The notes beneath the pieces are model-generated. The model was not told the origin of the DNA and did not search any database. It was given only the letters and a program-made list of their open reading frames with translations. From positions 832,001-896,000 of the forward strand of contig CAWFFN010000007.1 of assembly GCA_963815115.1 (NCBI GenBank): 64,000 bases of DNA. The letters run 5' to 3'. This document shows, in pieces, positions 31,950 to 41,484 of the stretch. The position numbers and the translations under genes are program-made. The stretch comes from an uncultured delta proteobacterium (GTDB lineage: Bacteria > Desulfobacterota > Binatia > DP-6). Every line of letters begins with the position of its first letter. Positions within the stretch are counted from its first letter, which is position 1.

Positions 31950-32963
31950 TCAACGGTTCGTGCCCGGCGCGACCAGGGCGTCGACGATCGCGTGGTGGGC
32001 CTCCGGGATGCGGACGTCGAGCGCGCGCAGGCTCTCCTCGAGATGCCGCATCTCACGCACCCCGATGATGGCCGACGTCACTGCAGGGTGGCGCAGCGTC
32101 CACGCGGTGGCATAGCGTGCGAGCGGTACGCCGAGCTCGTCGGCCAGCCGCACCAGCTCCTCGACGATCTCGAGGCGGCGCAGGGCCTGGGGCGTCTCCA
32201 TGTCGAACCGGGGTGCCACGAAGGCTCCGAACTCGGTCTGGTTGCGCGCGCGCGAATCCTGCGGGACCGGCTTTCCCTTGCGATAGCGCCCTCCGAGCCA
32301 GCCGCCCTCCAGCGGGCTCCACACGATCGCGCCGAACCCGTGGGCCTCACAGACCGGGAATATCTCCCGCTCGGCCTCGCGCGTGAAGATCGAGTACGGC
32401 GGCTGGGTCGAGACGAAACGCTCGAGGTTGCGCCGCTCGCTGATCCAGAGCGACTCGACCATCTTCCACCCTCCGAAGTGCATCGAGCGCGATTCGGCGA
32501 GCGTTCCCGTCGATACGCCCAGGTAGCGGACCTTTCCCTGGCGCACGAGGTCGGTGAGCGCGCCGAGCGTCTCCTCGAGCGGCGTGTCCTTGTCGTTGCG
32601 GTGAATCTGGTAGACATCGATCCAGTCGGTGCGCAGGCGCCGCAGGCTCTCCTCGACCTGGAGGAAGACGTGACGGCGTGAGGTGCCGCGATCGAGCATG
32701 CCGCCAGGTCCCGGCATGAACACCTTGGTCGCGATCACCGCCTCCTCGCGCCGACCCTCGAGCGCCTTGCCGACGATCTCCTCCGACTCGCCCATGCCGT
32801 AGCGGTTGGCGGTGTCGATGAAGGTGACGCCTTCGTCCAGGGCGCGATGGATGATCCGTGCGCAGTCGGCGGGATCGTCGTTGCCCCAGCGTCCGAGCGT
32901 CATGGTGCCGAGGCAGAGGCGCGAGACCTTGAGCCCACTGTGACCGAGCCGCGCATAGTCCAT
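31950..32963 (-). CDS. Aldo/keto reductase
   Basis: LG.SGLKVSRLCLGTM, DTANRYG.G.SE, ATK, QIH, WSPLEGG. Confidence 0.93.
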   Translation of the reverse strand: MDYARLGHSGLKVSRLCLGTMTLGRWGNDDPADCARIIHRALDEGVTFIDTANRYGMGESEEIVGKALEGRREEAVIATKVFMPGPGGMLDRGTSRRHVFLQVEESLRRLRTDWIDVYQIHRNDKDTPLEETLGALTDLVRQGKVRYLGVSTGTLAESRSMHFGGWKMVESLWISERRNLERFVSTQPPYSIFTREAEREIFPVCEAHGFGAIVWSPLEGGWLGGRYRKGKPVPQDSRARNQTEFGAFVAPRFDMETPQALRRLEIVEELVRLADELGVPLARYATAWTLRHPAVTSAIIGVREMRHLEESLRALDVRIPEAHHAIVDALVAPGTNR

Positions 32964-33150
32964 GGCGGACCACACTCGATCGAACGGGCGGCTTGCTGCA
33001 ATACCCCGAGCGTCTCCGGCCCGGACGTTTCGATGGCCCGGACGGGGACCGGTCCCCGTGTCCGATGGCCCTCCCGGAGACGCTCCGCGACTCGGGAGGG
33101 CACGCATCTCTTGACATCAATACCCGCCGGAGCGCAGTACTGGGGGGCAG

Positions 33151-33164
33151 ACTGACATGTCAGT
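33151..33164. promoter_or_regulatory. Perfect 14-bp palindrome, candidate TetR operator
   Basis: ACTGACATGTCAGT just upstream of the TetR ATG in the divergent AKR/TetR spacer; TTGACA at 33111-33116. Confidence 0.65.
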
Positions 33165-33178
33165 ATCGTCGAGATGGC

Positions 33179-33871
33179 ATGGAAGAGGTTACCGATAAGA
33201 AGCTCTCCAATCGGGCGGAAGCCCGCCGCGACAAGATCTTCGCGGCCGCCCTCGAGGTCATCTCACGCAAGGGGTTTCACCAGACCTCGATCGCCGACAT
33301 CGCGGGCAGGGCACGCGTGTCGCGTGCCACCGTCTACCAGTATTTCTGTGACAAACGCGATATTCTCGCGTCACTCACCGACCGGGTCGCGCAGCGCCTG
33401 ATCGACGCGATGAACGCCTGGGCTCCGCTCCCGAGCGGGCCAGGCGACACGATCGGCACGAGCTTGCCCTTCGCCACCGGCGAGGGGTTGCGCCACATGA
33501 TCGACGCCCGCATCTCCCAGATCCTCGACGCGATCGCGGAGAACGCCGACGCGTTTCGTCTCATGATGCGGCTGAAACGAGGGGATGAGGGTCTGGCCGA
33601 CGACGCGCCCGCCCGGATCGACGATCATGTCGTGGCGCTGCTGACCCGTGACATCCAGGCGGCGGCCGGCTTCGGCTGGGCCCGGACGTGCGACGCACAG
33701 ATGATCGCGCGCTTCCTCCTGGGCGGCATCCAGAAACTGCTCGAGGATGCCTTCGACCGCCCCGATCCGGTTCGGCTCGACACCGATGCGATCGCCGGGG
33801 AGATCGGGGCGCTGGTCTTCTTCGGCCTCGCGCACGGGGACCTGATCACCACGGTCCTCCGGTCCCGCTAG
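33179..33871 (+). CDS. TetR/AcrR-family regulator
   Basis: IFAAALEVISRKGFHQTSIADIAGRARVSRATVYQYF. Confidence 0.92.
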   Translation: MEEVTDKKLSNRAEARRDKIFAAALEVISRKGFHQTSIADIAGRARVSRATVYQYFCDKRDILASLTDRVAQRLIDAMNAWAPLPSGPGDTIGTSLPFATGEGLRHMIDARISQILDAIAENADAFRLMMRLKRGDEGLADDAPARIDDHVVALLTRDIQAAAGFGWARTCDAQMIARFLLGGIQKLLEDAFDRPDPVRLDTDAIAGEIGALVFFGLAHGDLITTVLRSR

Positions 33872-33881
33872 CTTCCAGCGC

Positions 33882-34063
33882 ATGCGGCTCGGCGTGATCG
33901 TGGTCCTCGCCGCGTTGGTCGGGATCGCACGCGCAACGAGGCCGCGCGGGTGACGCGTCACGGCGCCGCGACGTTCGCCGGCGTCTGGTACGATTCCCCA
34001 CGCTCGGCCGGCGAGCGCCGCGGAACCAGCGATCGCTTCGTGCTCGCGTTCGTGAAGCCCTGA
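33882..34063 (+). pseudogene. Internally deleted remnant, probably of a secreted methyltransferase
   Basis: Signal-like MRLGVIVVLAALVGIA ends at an early stop; the C-terminal RGTSDRFVLAFVKP* resembles COG4798-type ends. Confidence 0.45.
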
Positions 34064-34087
34064 TCGAGCCGCCGAGCACCCCCGCCG

Positions 34088-34801
34088 TCAGCCCATCGCC
34101 TCGCGCCAGCGGCTCGGCGGTACCCCGAAGCGCCGGGCAAAGACCCGGCTGAAGTACGCCGGCTCGGAGAAGCCCGCCGCCAGCGCGGCTTCCTTCACGG
34201 ACGTCCCGCTGCGCAGCAGGCCGATGGCGCGTTCGAGCTGCATCCGCCGCCGCAAGGCGGTGAACCGCTCGCCCGTCGTGCGCCGCACGAGCGTCGAGCA
34301 GTGGCTCGGGCTGTAGCCGAGGCGCCGCGCCAGATCTGCCAGCCGCACGCCCTCGTGCAGGTGCTCGGCGACGTACACCGGCACCTCCGGCAGTGCCGGG
34401 CGTTCTGTTCCGCGACGCTTGCCGGCGGCGACTTCGCGAAGCACGTCGCGGAGCCGTGCGGAGACGTCTGCGGGAGTCCGGAACGGAGCGTGGAGCAAGT
34501 CGGCGGCGGCGCGTTCCAGCAGCGTGCGCACGTCCGGGGCGAGCCCCGGCCCGGGCGCGATGTGTGCGACGTCGAGCAGGATCGCCCCTCGCCGTGCCGC
34601 GCTGGTCCCGTCGCCCTCCTGCTCGACCATGGCCGCCGCGAGTGCCGCGGCGGCGAGGACGTCCTCCGCAGACGACCCGCGCACCGCCTCCGCCAGCCGG
34701 CGCGCGACGACACGGCACCAGTGGCGGCGAGGGTCGCCGGCCACACGCGCCGCTGCGGGCGAAGAAAGTCCATGCGAACCAAGGGCCGGTGCATTGCGCA
34801 T
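34088..34801 (-). CDS. AraC-family transcriptional regulator
   Basis: LADLARRLGYSPSH..., SVKEAALAAGFSEPAYFSRVF.RRFGVPP. Confidence 0.88.
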   Translation of the reverse strand: MRNAPALGSHGLSSPAAARVAGDPRRHWCRVVARRLAEAVRGSSAEDVLAAAALAAAMVEQEGDGTSAARRGAILLDVAHIAPGPGLAPDVRTLLERAAADLLHAPFRTPADVSARLRDVLREVAAGKRRGTERPALPEVPVYVAEHLHEGVRLADLARRLGYSPSHCSTLVRRTTGERFTALRRRMQLERAIGLLRSGTSVKEAALAAGFSEPAYFSRVFARRFGVPPSRWREAMG

Positions 34802-34814
34802 CCCGGTCCAATAA

Positions 34815-34829
34815 TGAAAATGACTTTCA
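34815..34829. promoter_or_regulatory. Putative Fur box
   Basis: TGAAAAT-G-ACTTTCA matches the 7-1-7 consensus TGATAAT-N-ATTATCA at 11 of 14 positions; AT-rich patch heading an iron/heme uptake operon. Confidence 0.75.
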
Positions 34830-34851
34830 CTTTCAAGGAGGAGATCAAGGG

Positions 34852-35283
34852 ATGGACGTGATGGCTGCCGACGACGGGACCCGCGCCGCGGCGTTGATGC
34901 GCGACGCGGCCGGCCTGGGGCAGGTGCGAGTGCTGCTGCGCACCTGCAGCAGCTTCATGGAGCTCTTCTGCGACGCCGGCTCCCTCGAGGTCGTCGACGG
35001 CTGGCTGACGATCCGGCGTCCGGCCGCTCATCTGCACGTGGAGCTACGGGCGCTGCGCGGCGCCTGCCTGCTCGAGGCGGGCGGCGATGCCTACCCGCAC
35101 GCGCCCTCGCTCTGGCTGGTCGGCCGCTGCGGAAGCCCCTCGGTGATCGTCATTCTCGACGCGACTCTCGGCGACGAACGCCAGCAGCAGGCGGCCGCGT
35201 TCCGGCTACTGCGCGACCGCTGGGGCGAGCGCGTCGGCTTCGAGACGCTGGCCGTGAGCTCCGATGAGCGGGTTCTCCACTGA
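34852..35283 (+). CDS. ChuX/HutX/HemS-fold heme-utilisation protein
   Basis: AGGAGG RBS; GQVRVLL...ME, GWLTI...HLH, SLWLV..G, Q...F..L..RW pattern. Confidence 0.65.
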   Translation: MDVMAADDGTRAAALMRDAAGLGQVRVLLRTCSSFMELFCDAGSLEVVDGWLTIRRPAAHLHVELRALRGACLLEAGGDAYPHAPSLWLVGRCGSPSVIVILDATLGDERQQQAAAFRLLRDRWGERVGFETLAVSSDERVLH

Positions 35284-35446
35284 CGCCCACCGCGCCCCCG
35301 TCGGAGGCCGCGAGTCCGGCCGACGGCGTCCGTGGCCCACCGGCCGTCGAATGGAACCCCATCCTGCACCGAGGCCCGAGACGTCAGTCCAGAGCCTGTC
35401 CCACCAGTCCGCCGCTCCGAGCGGCCCCATCCCAAGGAGGGCTCTG

Positions 35447-36583
35447 ATGAGACGACACATGCGACTCGGCCGCACCCTCGGCATCGGTCTCGTTCTCGCG
35501 TCTGCCATGGCGGTCCACGCCGAGACCATCGTTCTCGACGGCAGCACGGGCGCCGCCTACGATTCGGTCGGCGACGGCTGGTTCTTCGCCGGCACCACGC
35601 CGCCCCTCCCGGCGCCCGATGGCATCGGAGACGCGGGCGGCCAGGCTCTCGCCGTCGGCCTCATCACCGGCGTGCTCGAGCTCCGTGCCATGGCCGAGTT
35701 TCCGCTCGCCCCGCTCGGCGGCCTGAGCGCGGGACAGATCCAGAGCGCCACGCTGCGCTTCACGATCGACGACGTGATCAGCACCTTCGGCCCTGGTGCC
35801 ACGTTCGACAGCACCGCCTCCGACCCGATCGCCGTGTACCACTACCCGGCCGACGGCATCGTCACGGTCGGCGACTTCTCGCCCGCGGGCGCCACCCAGG
35901 TGGGCGTCGTCCATCCCGGTGCGGTCACCGATGCGACGCTCGCCGGCACGGGCGCCCTGCCCTTCGACGTCGACGTGACGGCCGCGCTCCGGGATGCCCT
36001 CACCGACGGCGATACCGCGTTCGGCGCGCTCTTCGGGACCACCGACTCGCCGACGGGAACGTCGCTCGACAACCTCGCCCCGCCGGGCGTGCCGGGCGGG
36101 GCCCTGCCCATCCTCACCGTCGTCACTGAGCCGCTCCAGCCTCCCGTCCTCACGAGCGCGGCGCAGGCGTGTCAGACCACGATCGCCAAGGCCGGCCAGA
36201 AGCTGGTCGGAACGGCGCTCAAGTCGTTCAGCACGTGCTTCGCGCTCGTCCTGAAGGACTTCGCCCCCGACTCGACCCTGGCGCCGACCACGGCGCCGAA
36301 GTGTGCCGGCGCGCTCGACCCGGGCAGCGCGGACTCGAAGCTCGGCAAGGCGCTCGCGAAGCTCGTGGCCGACATCGAGAAGAAGTGCGAGGGCGTGACG
36401 CCTGCGGACATCGGCAGCCCGTGCGATCCCTCCGCGCCGACGATCGCGCAGACCGCCACGTGCGTGCGTGATGGCCAGCTCGCCCTGAGCGAGGCGCTGG
36501 TCGCGCAACAGTATGCTTCCGGCTGCACGTTGCTGTCCGCCGTGGGCCTGGATGCGGCGTTCCCGGGCATCTGCACGCCCTGA
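35447..36583 (+). CDS. Secreted protein A of the heme operon (unrecognised N-domain plus Cys-rich helical C-domain)
   Basis: AAGGAGG RBS, signal peptide, N-domain paralogous to the next gene. Confidence 0.8.
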   Translation: MRRHMRLGRTLGIGLVLASAMAVHAETIVLDGSTGAAYDSVGDGWFFAGTTPPLPAPDGIGDAGGQALAVGLITGVLELRAMAEFPLAPLGGLSAGQIQSATLRFTIDDVISTFGPGATFDSTASDPIAVYHYPADGIVTVGDFSPAGATQVGVVHPGAVTDATLAGTGALPFDVDVTAALRDALTDGDTAFGALFGTTDSPTGTSLDNLAPPGVPGGALPILTVVTEPLQPPVLTSAAQACQTTIAKAGQKLVGTALKSFSTCFALVLKDFAPDSTLAPTTAPKCAGALDPGSADSKLGKALAKLVADIEKKCEGVTPADIGSPCDPSAPTIAQTATCVRDGQLALSEALVAQQYASGCTLLSAVGLDAAFPGICTP

Positions 36584-36684
36584 GGCCGGCTCGGCCGGCG
36601 GCTCCGACCCGGAGTTCTCCCCCGAATGTCTCTCGCGAGGGGCCGCCGGCCGACCACCACGTGCTTCGATTGCAGGAGATTCCG

Positions 36685-38424
36685 ATGCGTCGCCTCGCCA
36701 CCGCGCTCGTCCTCGCGACCGCCCTTCCGGCGGCCGCGCTCGCATCCACCGTCACCATCGACAACACCACTCCTGGCGCGGTCTGGGACGGCATCGTCGA
36801 GGGCTTCCCCGGCCTGTCCGGCCGAATCGGCGGCAATCCCCTGTCGGTGGTGCGGCGCGGCGAGACGCTCCAGCTCCGCTCGGTGATGGAGTTCCCACTC
36901 GTCTCGCTGGCGGGGATCACCCCGGAGTCGATCGTATCGGCGACGCTCACGTTCAACATCGACGACGTGCTGTCGACCCTCGGCCCGGGCACCGAGCTCA
37001 GCGGCGAAGGCGCGGACACCATCCTGGTCCACTTCTACCCCGGGGATGGCGAGGCGCTGCTGGCCGACTTCGGACGCACCGAGGAGCCTGCGGTATCCGT
37101 CGACACGGGTCCGGGCACCATCACCGATGCCACCCTGACGGCTTCGGGACCGGTCGTGCTGACGGTCGACGCCCGCCCGCGTCTGCTCCAGGCGCTCGCC
37201 GCGGGCACGCCCTTTCTCGGCGTCCTCTGGCGTACCAACGACAACCAGACGGGCACCTCACTCGATGACGGACGCGGCGGCTCCGCCTCCGGCACGCCGA
37301 GCAACACCGTGCCCGGCTCCCGCATGCCCTTCCTCACCATCGAGGTGGGCGACACGGCGCCGTCCAGCTGCGGCAACGGCCGGCTCGATACCGGCGAGCA
37401 GTGCGACGACGGCAACCGCGCCGACGGCGACTGCTGCAGCCGGCTGTGTGCATTCGAGCCGCCGGGCGCCACGTGCAACGATGCGAATGCCTGTACGACA
37501 GGCGACGCGTGCAACGGCGCCGGTGCCTGCATCGCCGCGCGGCCGCTGGCCTGCGACGACGGCAACGATTGCACCGCCGACTCGTGCGACCCGGCCACCG
37601 GCTGCGTTCACGGCGTCACCAACGAAGGCGCGCGCTGCGACGACCGGAATCCGTGCACCACCGACGAGATGTGCACGGCCGGACGGTGTGTCGGGGTCGC
37701 CGTCGAGGGATCGTGCGACGACGGCAACCCGTGCACGGGTGGCGATGTCTGCGCGGCCGGCGCCTGCCAGGGCGCGCCGGTCGACGGCACCCCGTGCGAC
37801 GACGGCAAGGCGTGCACTGGGCACGACACGTGCCGGGCCGGAGGCTGTCTCGGGACACCGCTGTGCGGCGACGGTCACCTCGATGCGAGCTGCGGCGAGG
37901 AGTGCGACGACGGCAACACGACCGGAACCGACGGCTGCTCGTCCGAGTGCCGCTACGACACCCTGGTGGGCGGCACGGCGCCGACCGAATGTCTCGTCCG
38001 GATCGCGTTCGGAGCACCGCAGCGCGACCCCGGGGGCGCGATCGCCGCGGAGCAGGCCTGCACCGACGGCGACCCGACGTGCGACACCGATCCCGCCGAT
38101 GGCGTCTGCGGATTCGTCGTCGCGGGTTGCTTCGGCGTGCCCGATCCACGCCTGCCAGGGTGTGGCCCCGCCCCCAACGTCAAGGCGCGCATCATGCAGC
38201 CGGCCGGCGGGGCCGCCGCCCGCTCCACCCGGCGGCTGCTCGTGTCCGCGTTGCGGGCCAGCACCATGCCGGGTTGCACGCAGCCCACCACCGCCACGGT
38301 GGCGGTGCGGCGCCGGGGTAGCAAGCTCCAGCCCGGGAAGACCGCACTCGTCCTCGGCGCCCGGGCGGCCGGCGTGGGCCGGGATCGCGACACGATCCGG
38401 CTCGTCTGCCGGCCGGGGCCGTGA
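36685..38424 (+). CDS. Secreted protein B (same N-domain plus Myxococcus/DUF4215-type Cys-rich repeats)
   Basis: Signal peptide; CGNG.LD.GEQCDDGN and CDDGNxCTxDxC repeats. Confidence 0.8.
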   Translation: MRRLATALVLATALPAAALASTVTIDNTTPGAVWDGIVEGFPGLSGRIGGNPLSVVRRGETLQLRSVMEFPLVSLAGITPESIVSATLTFNIDDVLSTLGPGTELSGEGADTILVHFYPGDGEALLADFGRTEEPAVSVDTGPGTITDATLTASGPVVLTVDARPRLLQALAAGTPFLGVLWRTNDNQTGTSLDDGRGGSASGTPSNTVPGSRMPFLTIEVGDTAPSSCGNGRLDTGEQCDDGNRADGDCCSRLCAFEPPGATCNDANACTTGDACNGAGACIAARPLACDDGNDCTADSCDPATGCVHGVTNEGARCDDRNPCTTDEMCTAGRCVGVAVEGSCDDGNPCTGGDVCAAGACQGAPVDGTPCDDGKACTGHDTCRAGGCLGTPLCGDGHLDASCGEECDDGNTTGTDGCSSECRYDTLVGGTAPTECLVRIAFGAPQRDPGGAIAAEQACTDGDPTCDTDPADGVCGFVVAGCFGVPDPRLPGCGPAPNVKARIMQPAGGAAARSTRRLLVSALRASTMPGCTQPTTATVAVRRRGSKLQPGKTALVLGARAAGVGRDRDTIRLVCRPGP

Positions 38425-40532
38425 GGAGAGGTGTCACCACCCTGCTCGCCGTGCTGGCACTCATCGGAAGCCCCGCGAGGGCCGAGGACCATGCGGCCGT
38501 CGCCCAGGATCGCACCGGCCCCGTGGCCCCGACGCTCGCGGCGGCCGAGGCCGTTCCGCTCGACGAGATCGTGGTGACCGGCAGCAAGTCCGAGTCGCGC
38601 GCCTGGGACTCGACCGTACCCACCCAGGTGATCCCCGAGGAGGTGATCCGCGAGACCACGACCATCGACGTGCAGAACGTGCTGGGAGAGGTCCCCGGCC
38701 TCTATGTCCGCCGCAACGAGCAGTTCGCCCTCGGCGCCAGCACCGTCGCATGCAGGGGCTGGACGCCAACAAGGTGGCCATCCTGATCGACGGGCGGCGG
38801 TTTCGCGGCGGGATCGACGGCGTGGTCGACCTGCGTGACATCCCGGCCAACAACATCGAGCGCGTCGAGATCATCCGCGGACCCGCGTCGAGCCTCTATG
38901 GCAGCGACGCGATGGCAGGCGTGATCAACTTCATCACCAAGCAGGGAACACCCGAGCCGCGTGGCGAGCTGGCGATCGCGGGAGGCGACTTCGCGCGCCG
39001 CTTCATCGCCGGCAGCCAGGGGTGGCAGGTGGGACCGGTGCGCTACTTCCTCTCCGGCATCCACGACGAGTTCCGGCCCTTCGAGCAGTTCGGCGCCATC
39101 AGCGAGCAGTTCACCGGACCGCGACGGACCGAGACCCAGGCTCGCAACCAGGTGAACCTCCGGCTCGACTGGGACGTCGGCCAGCGCCACGCCTTCACGC
39201 TCTTTCCATCGTACCAGGAGCAGGACAATCCCGACAGCCAGAACCGCAATATCGTGTTCGGCGGCGAGTGGCGCTGGAGGACGACGCAGAGCTCGGAGCT
39301 CGTCACCTGGCTCAATCGCTACAACTTCACCCGCTCGAACGACCTCCCCGGATTCGAGGAGTCCTCCGACTACGTCGACTGGGAGACCGAGTCGCGCTGG
39401 AGCACGGAGCTCGGCCCGTGGCTCGCCTGGCCGAGCCACCGCCTGACGATCGGGATGCGCGGCCGCGAGCAGGTCCTGGACCAGGGCTCCGTCGAGCTCC
39501 AGGGCAACGAGGGTCCGATCAGGACCCCGGCCGTGAACGCGTCCATCTGGCAGGTGAGCCCGTTCCTCCAGACGGACATCCTCTTCGACGAGCACTGGAG
39601 CCTGCTGGTCGGCTCGAGCTTCGACGTCCACCAGGTCTACGGTCTCGACGTGAATCCCCGTGCCACGCTGACCTGGCGGCCGAGCGATCTGCTGCGCGTC
39701 TCCGCCACGGTGGGCCGCGGCTTCCGCGCGCCCGACCTCGTGCAGCTCTTCGGGGTCGACGTCAACTTCGGCGGGCTCTACGCGCTGCTCGGCAATCCCG
39801 ACCTGCGGCCCGAGACGGATCTCGCCTTCCAGCTCGAAACCCAGTTCCGCTACCGTGGCGTCGACGCCTTCCTGGTGCTCTTCCGCCACCAGTTCGACGA
39901 TCTCATCGCGTTTCAGCAGCTTCGCCTGTGCAACCGACCGGGCGTGCCGCCCGGGTGCGTGCAGGATCCCCTGCCCCAGCTTCCCGGGCCGCCTCCGCTT
40001 CCAGACCCAGAACGTCTCCAAGGCGTTGACCCAGGGAGTGGAGCTCGGCATCGACGTCGCACCGCTCGATCTCCTCGGGTTCGACACCCCGCACCAGCCC
40101 TCGATCGGGATCGGGTACGTCTATCTCGACAGCCGGGACGAGAGCGGCATCCCGGGCGAGGATGGCAACGAGCTGCCCTTCCGGCCGCGCAACCGGGTCC
40201 TGCCGACGTTCGGCTACCGCCACAAGGGAACGGGCTTCACGCTGCGCGTCTGGGGCGAGTACGAGTCCGACACGTTCACGACGATCGCGAACGATCCCAT
40301 CGACGTGGCGCGCAAGCACTGGCTGTGGAACTTCAAGATCCAGTTCGCGCCGCTGCGGATGCTGCCGGAGGACTTCGGCGGACGGCTGGCGACCGCGATC
40401 GACGTCGGCCGCCACCTCGAGTTCTTCATCGAGGGCGACAACGTGTTCGACCAGGAGTTCGGCCCGCTCACCGCCGCCGGACGGCTCGCGGGACCCGCGG
40501 CATACGTGTTCGGCGTGTCCGCCAGGTTCTGA
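38421..40532 (+). CDS. TonB-dependent receptor (likely heme) with two compensating frameshifts (~38747, ~39975-39988)
   Basis: DEIVVTG TonB box, IERVEIIRGPASSLYGSDAMAGVIN plug, FRAP and GNPDLRPE motifs, C-terminal Phe; three segments across two frames. Confidence 0.88.
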
Positions 40533-40554
40533 TCACCGCCCACGAGGAGAACGT

Positions 40555-41484
40555 ATGACGCACCGAGAGTTCACGCCCGAGGCCCGGCATCGCCGACCTC
40601 CTCACCCGGCTGCCGGGGGGTGCGGAGGTGTGCCCGTGATGGCGTTGCTCCTGCTGGTGGTCCCCCTGGTCGCCGGCACGGGGTTGGCCGCCGAGCCGGT
40701 GCGGGTCGCGACGCTGCTGCCCTACGTCGAGGATGCACTCGTCCAAACCGGGGGTGTCGAGATCGTCGCCACCGTGCGCCGCGATCTCGCGACCGCGCCG
40801 GCGCCTCCGATCGTCGATCTCGGCAGCCCGCACGCACCGAGCTTCGAGAAGCTGGCCGAGGCGCGACCGCAGGTGATCGTGGGCGATCGGCAGCTGCACG
40901 GCGCCCTGCGCGACAAGCTCGCACGCAGCGGCGCGGAGGTGGTGCTGGTCGGGTCGGATACGGTGGATGCCACCTTCGACGGTCTGGTCGAGGTCGGGCG
41001 CCGCTGTGGCATCGAGGCGCCGATGGCGGCGCAGGTGGACAGGGCACGACGCGCTCTCGCCGGCCTGACGCTCCCCCAGCGCACGCCGGCCCTGGTCATC
41101 TTCGGCACGCCGGGGTCGTTCCTGATCGTGTCGAGCCGGACGTGGCTCGGCGACCTGGTGTCCCGGCTCAACTTCGACAACGTCGGCGCTGCCGCCAGCG
41201 GCGAGGAGCGTCACCCGGGCTTCGTCCAGCTGAGCGACGAAGTGCTCGCCGGCCTGCGCCCCGAGCTGGTGCTCATGGTCGCGCACGGCGACCCGGAGGC
41301 CATCCGGGCAGCTTTCACCAAGCGCCTCGACGCCGGCGGTCCGTGGGCCGGCATGCGCGCCGCCGCCGTGCATGGCGTGCACGTCCTCGCGCCGGCGCTC
41401 TTCAGTCAGAATCCGGGGCTCGCCCTGCCGGAGGCGGCGAGGCACCTGCACGACCTCGGTATCGCCCGCGCGAGCGCCCGGTGA
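40555..41484 (+). CDS. Heme ABC transporter substrate-binding protein, IsdE-like
   Basis: LGSPHAPSFEKL, FGTPGSFL...WLGDLV, P.LVLMVAHGDPE pattern. Confidence 0.8.
   Translation: MTHREFTPEARHRRPPHPAAGGCGGVPVMALLLLVVPLVAGTGLAAEPVRVATLLPYVEDALVQTGGVEIVATVRRDLATAPAPPIVDLGSPHAPSFEKLAEARPQVIVGDRQLHGALRDKLARSGAEVVLVGSDTVDATFDGLVEVGRRCGIEAPMAAQVDRARRALAGLTLPQRTPALVIFGTPGSFLIVSSRTWLGDLVSRLNFDNVGAAASGEERHPGFVQLSDEVLAGLRPELVLMVAHGDPEAIRAAFTKRLDAGGPWAGMRAAAVHGVHVLAPALFSQNPGLALPEAARHLHDLGIARASAR

Noticed and set aside
37360-37960. Repeated TGCGACGACGGCAAC units
   Set aside because: Coding Cys-rich CDDGN protein repeats, not a DNA repeat array
37265-40558. 1097-aa ORF as a single protein
   Set aside because: Only ~38748-39985 is real (middle of the TonB receptor); the rest is out-of-frame overlap
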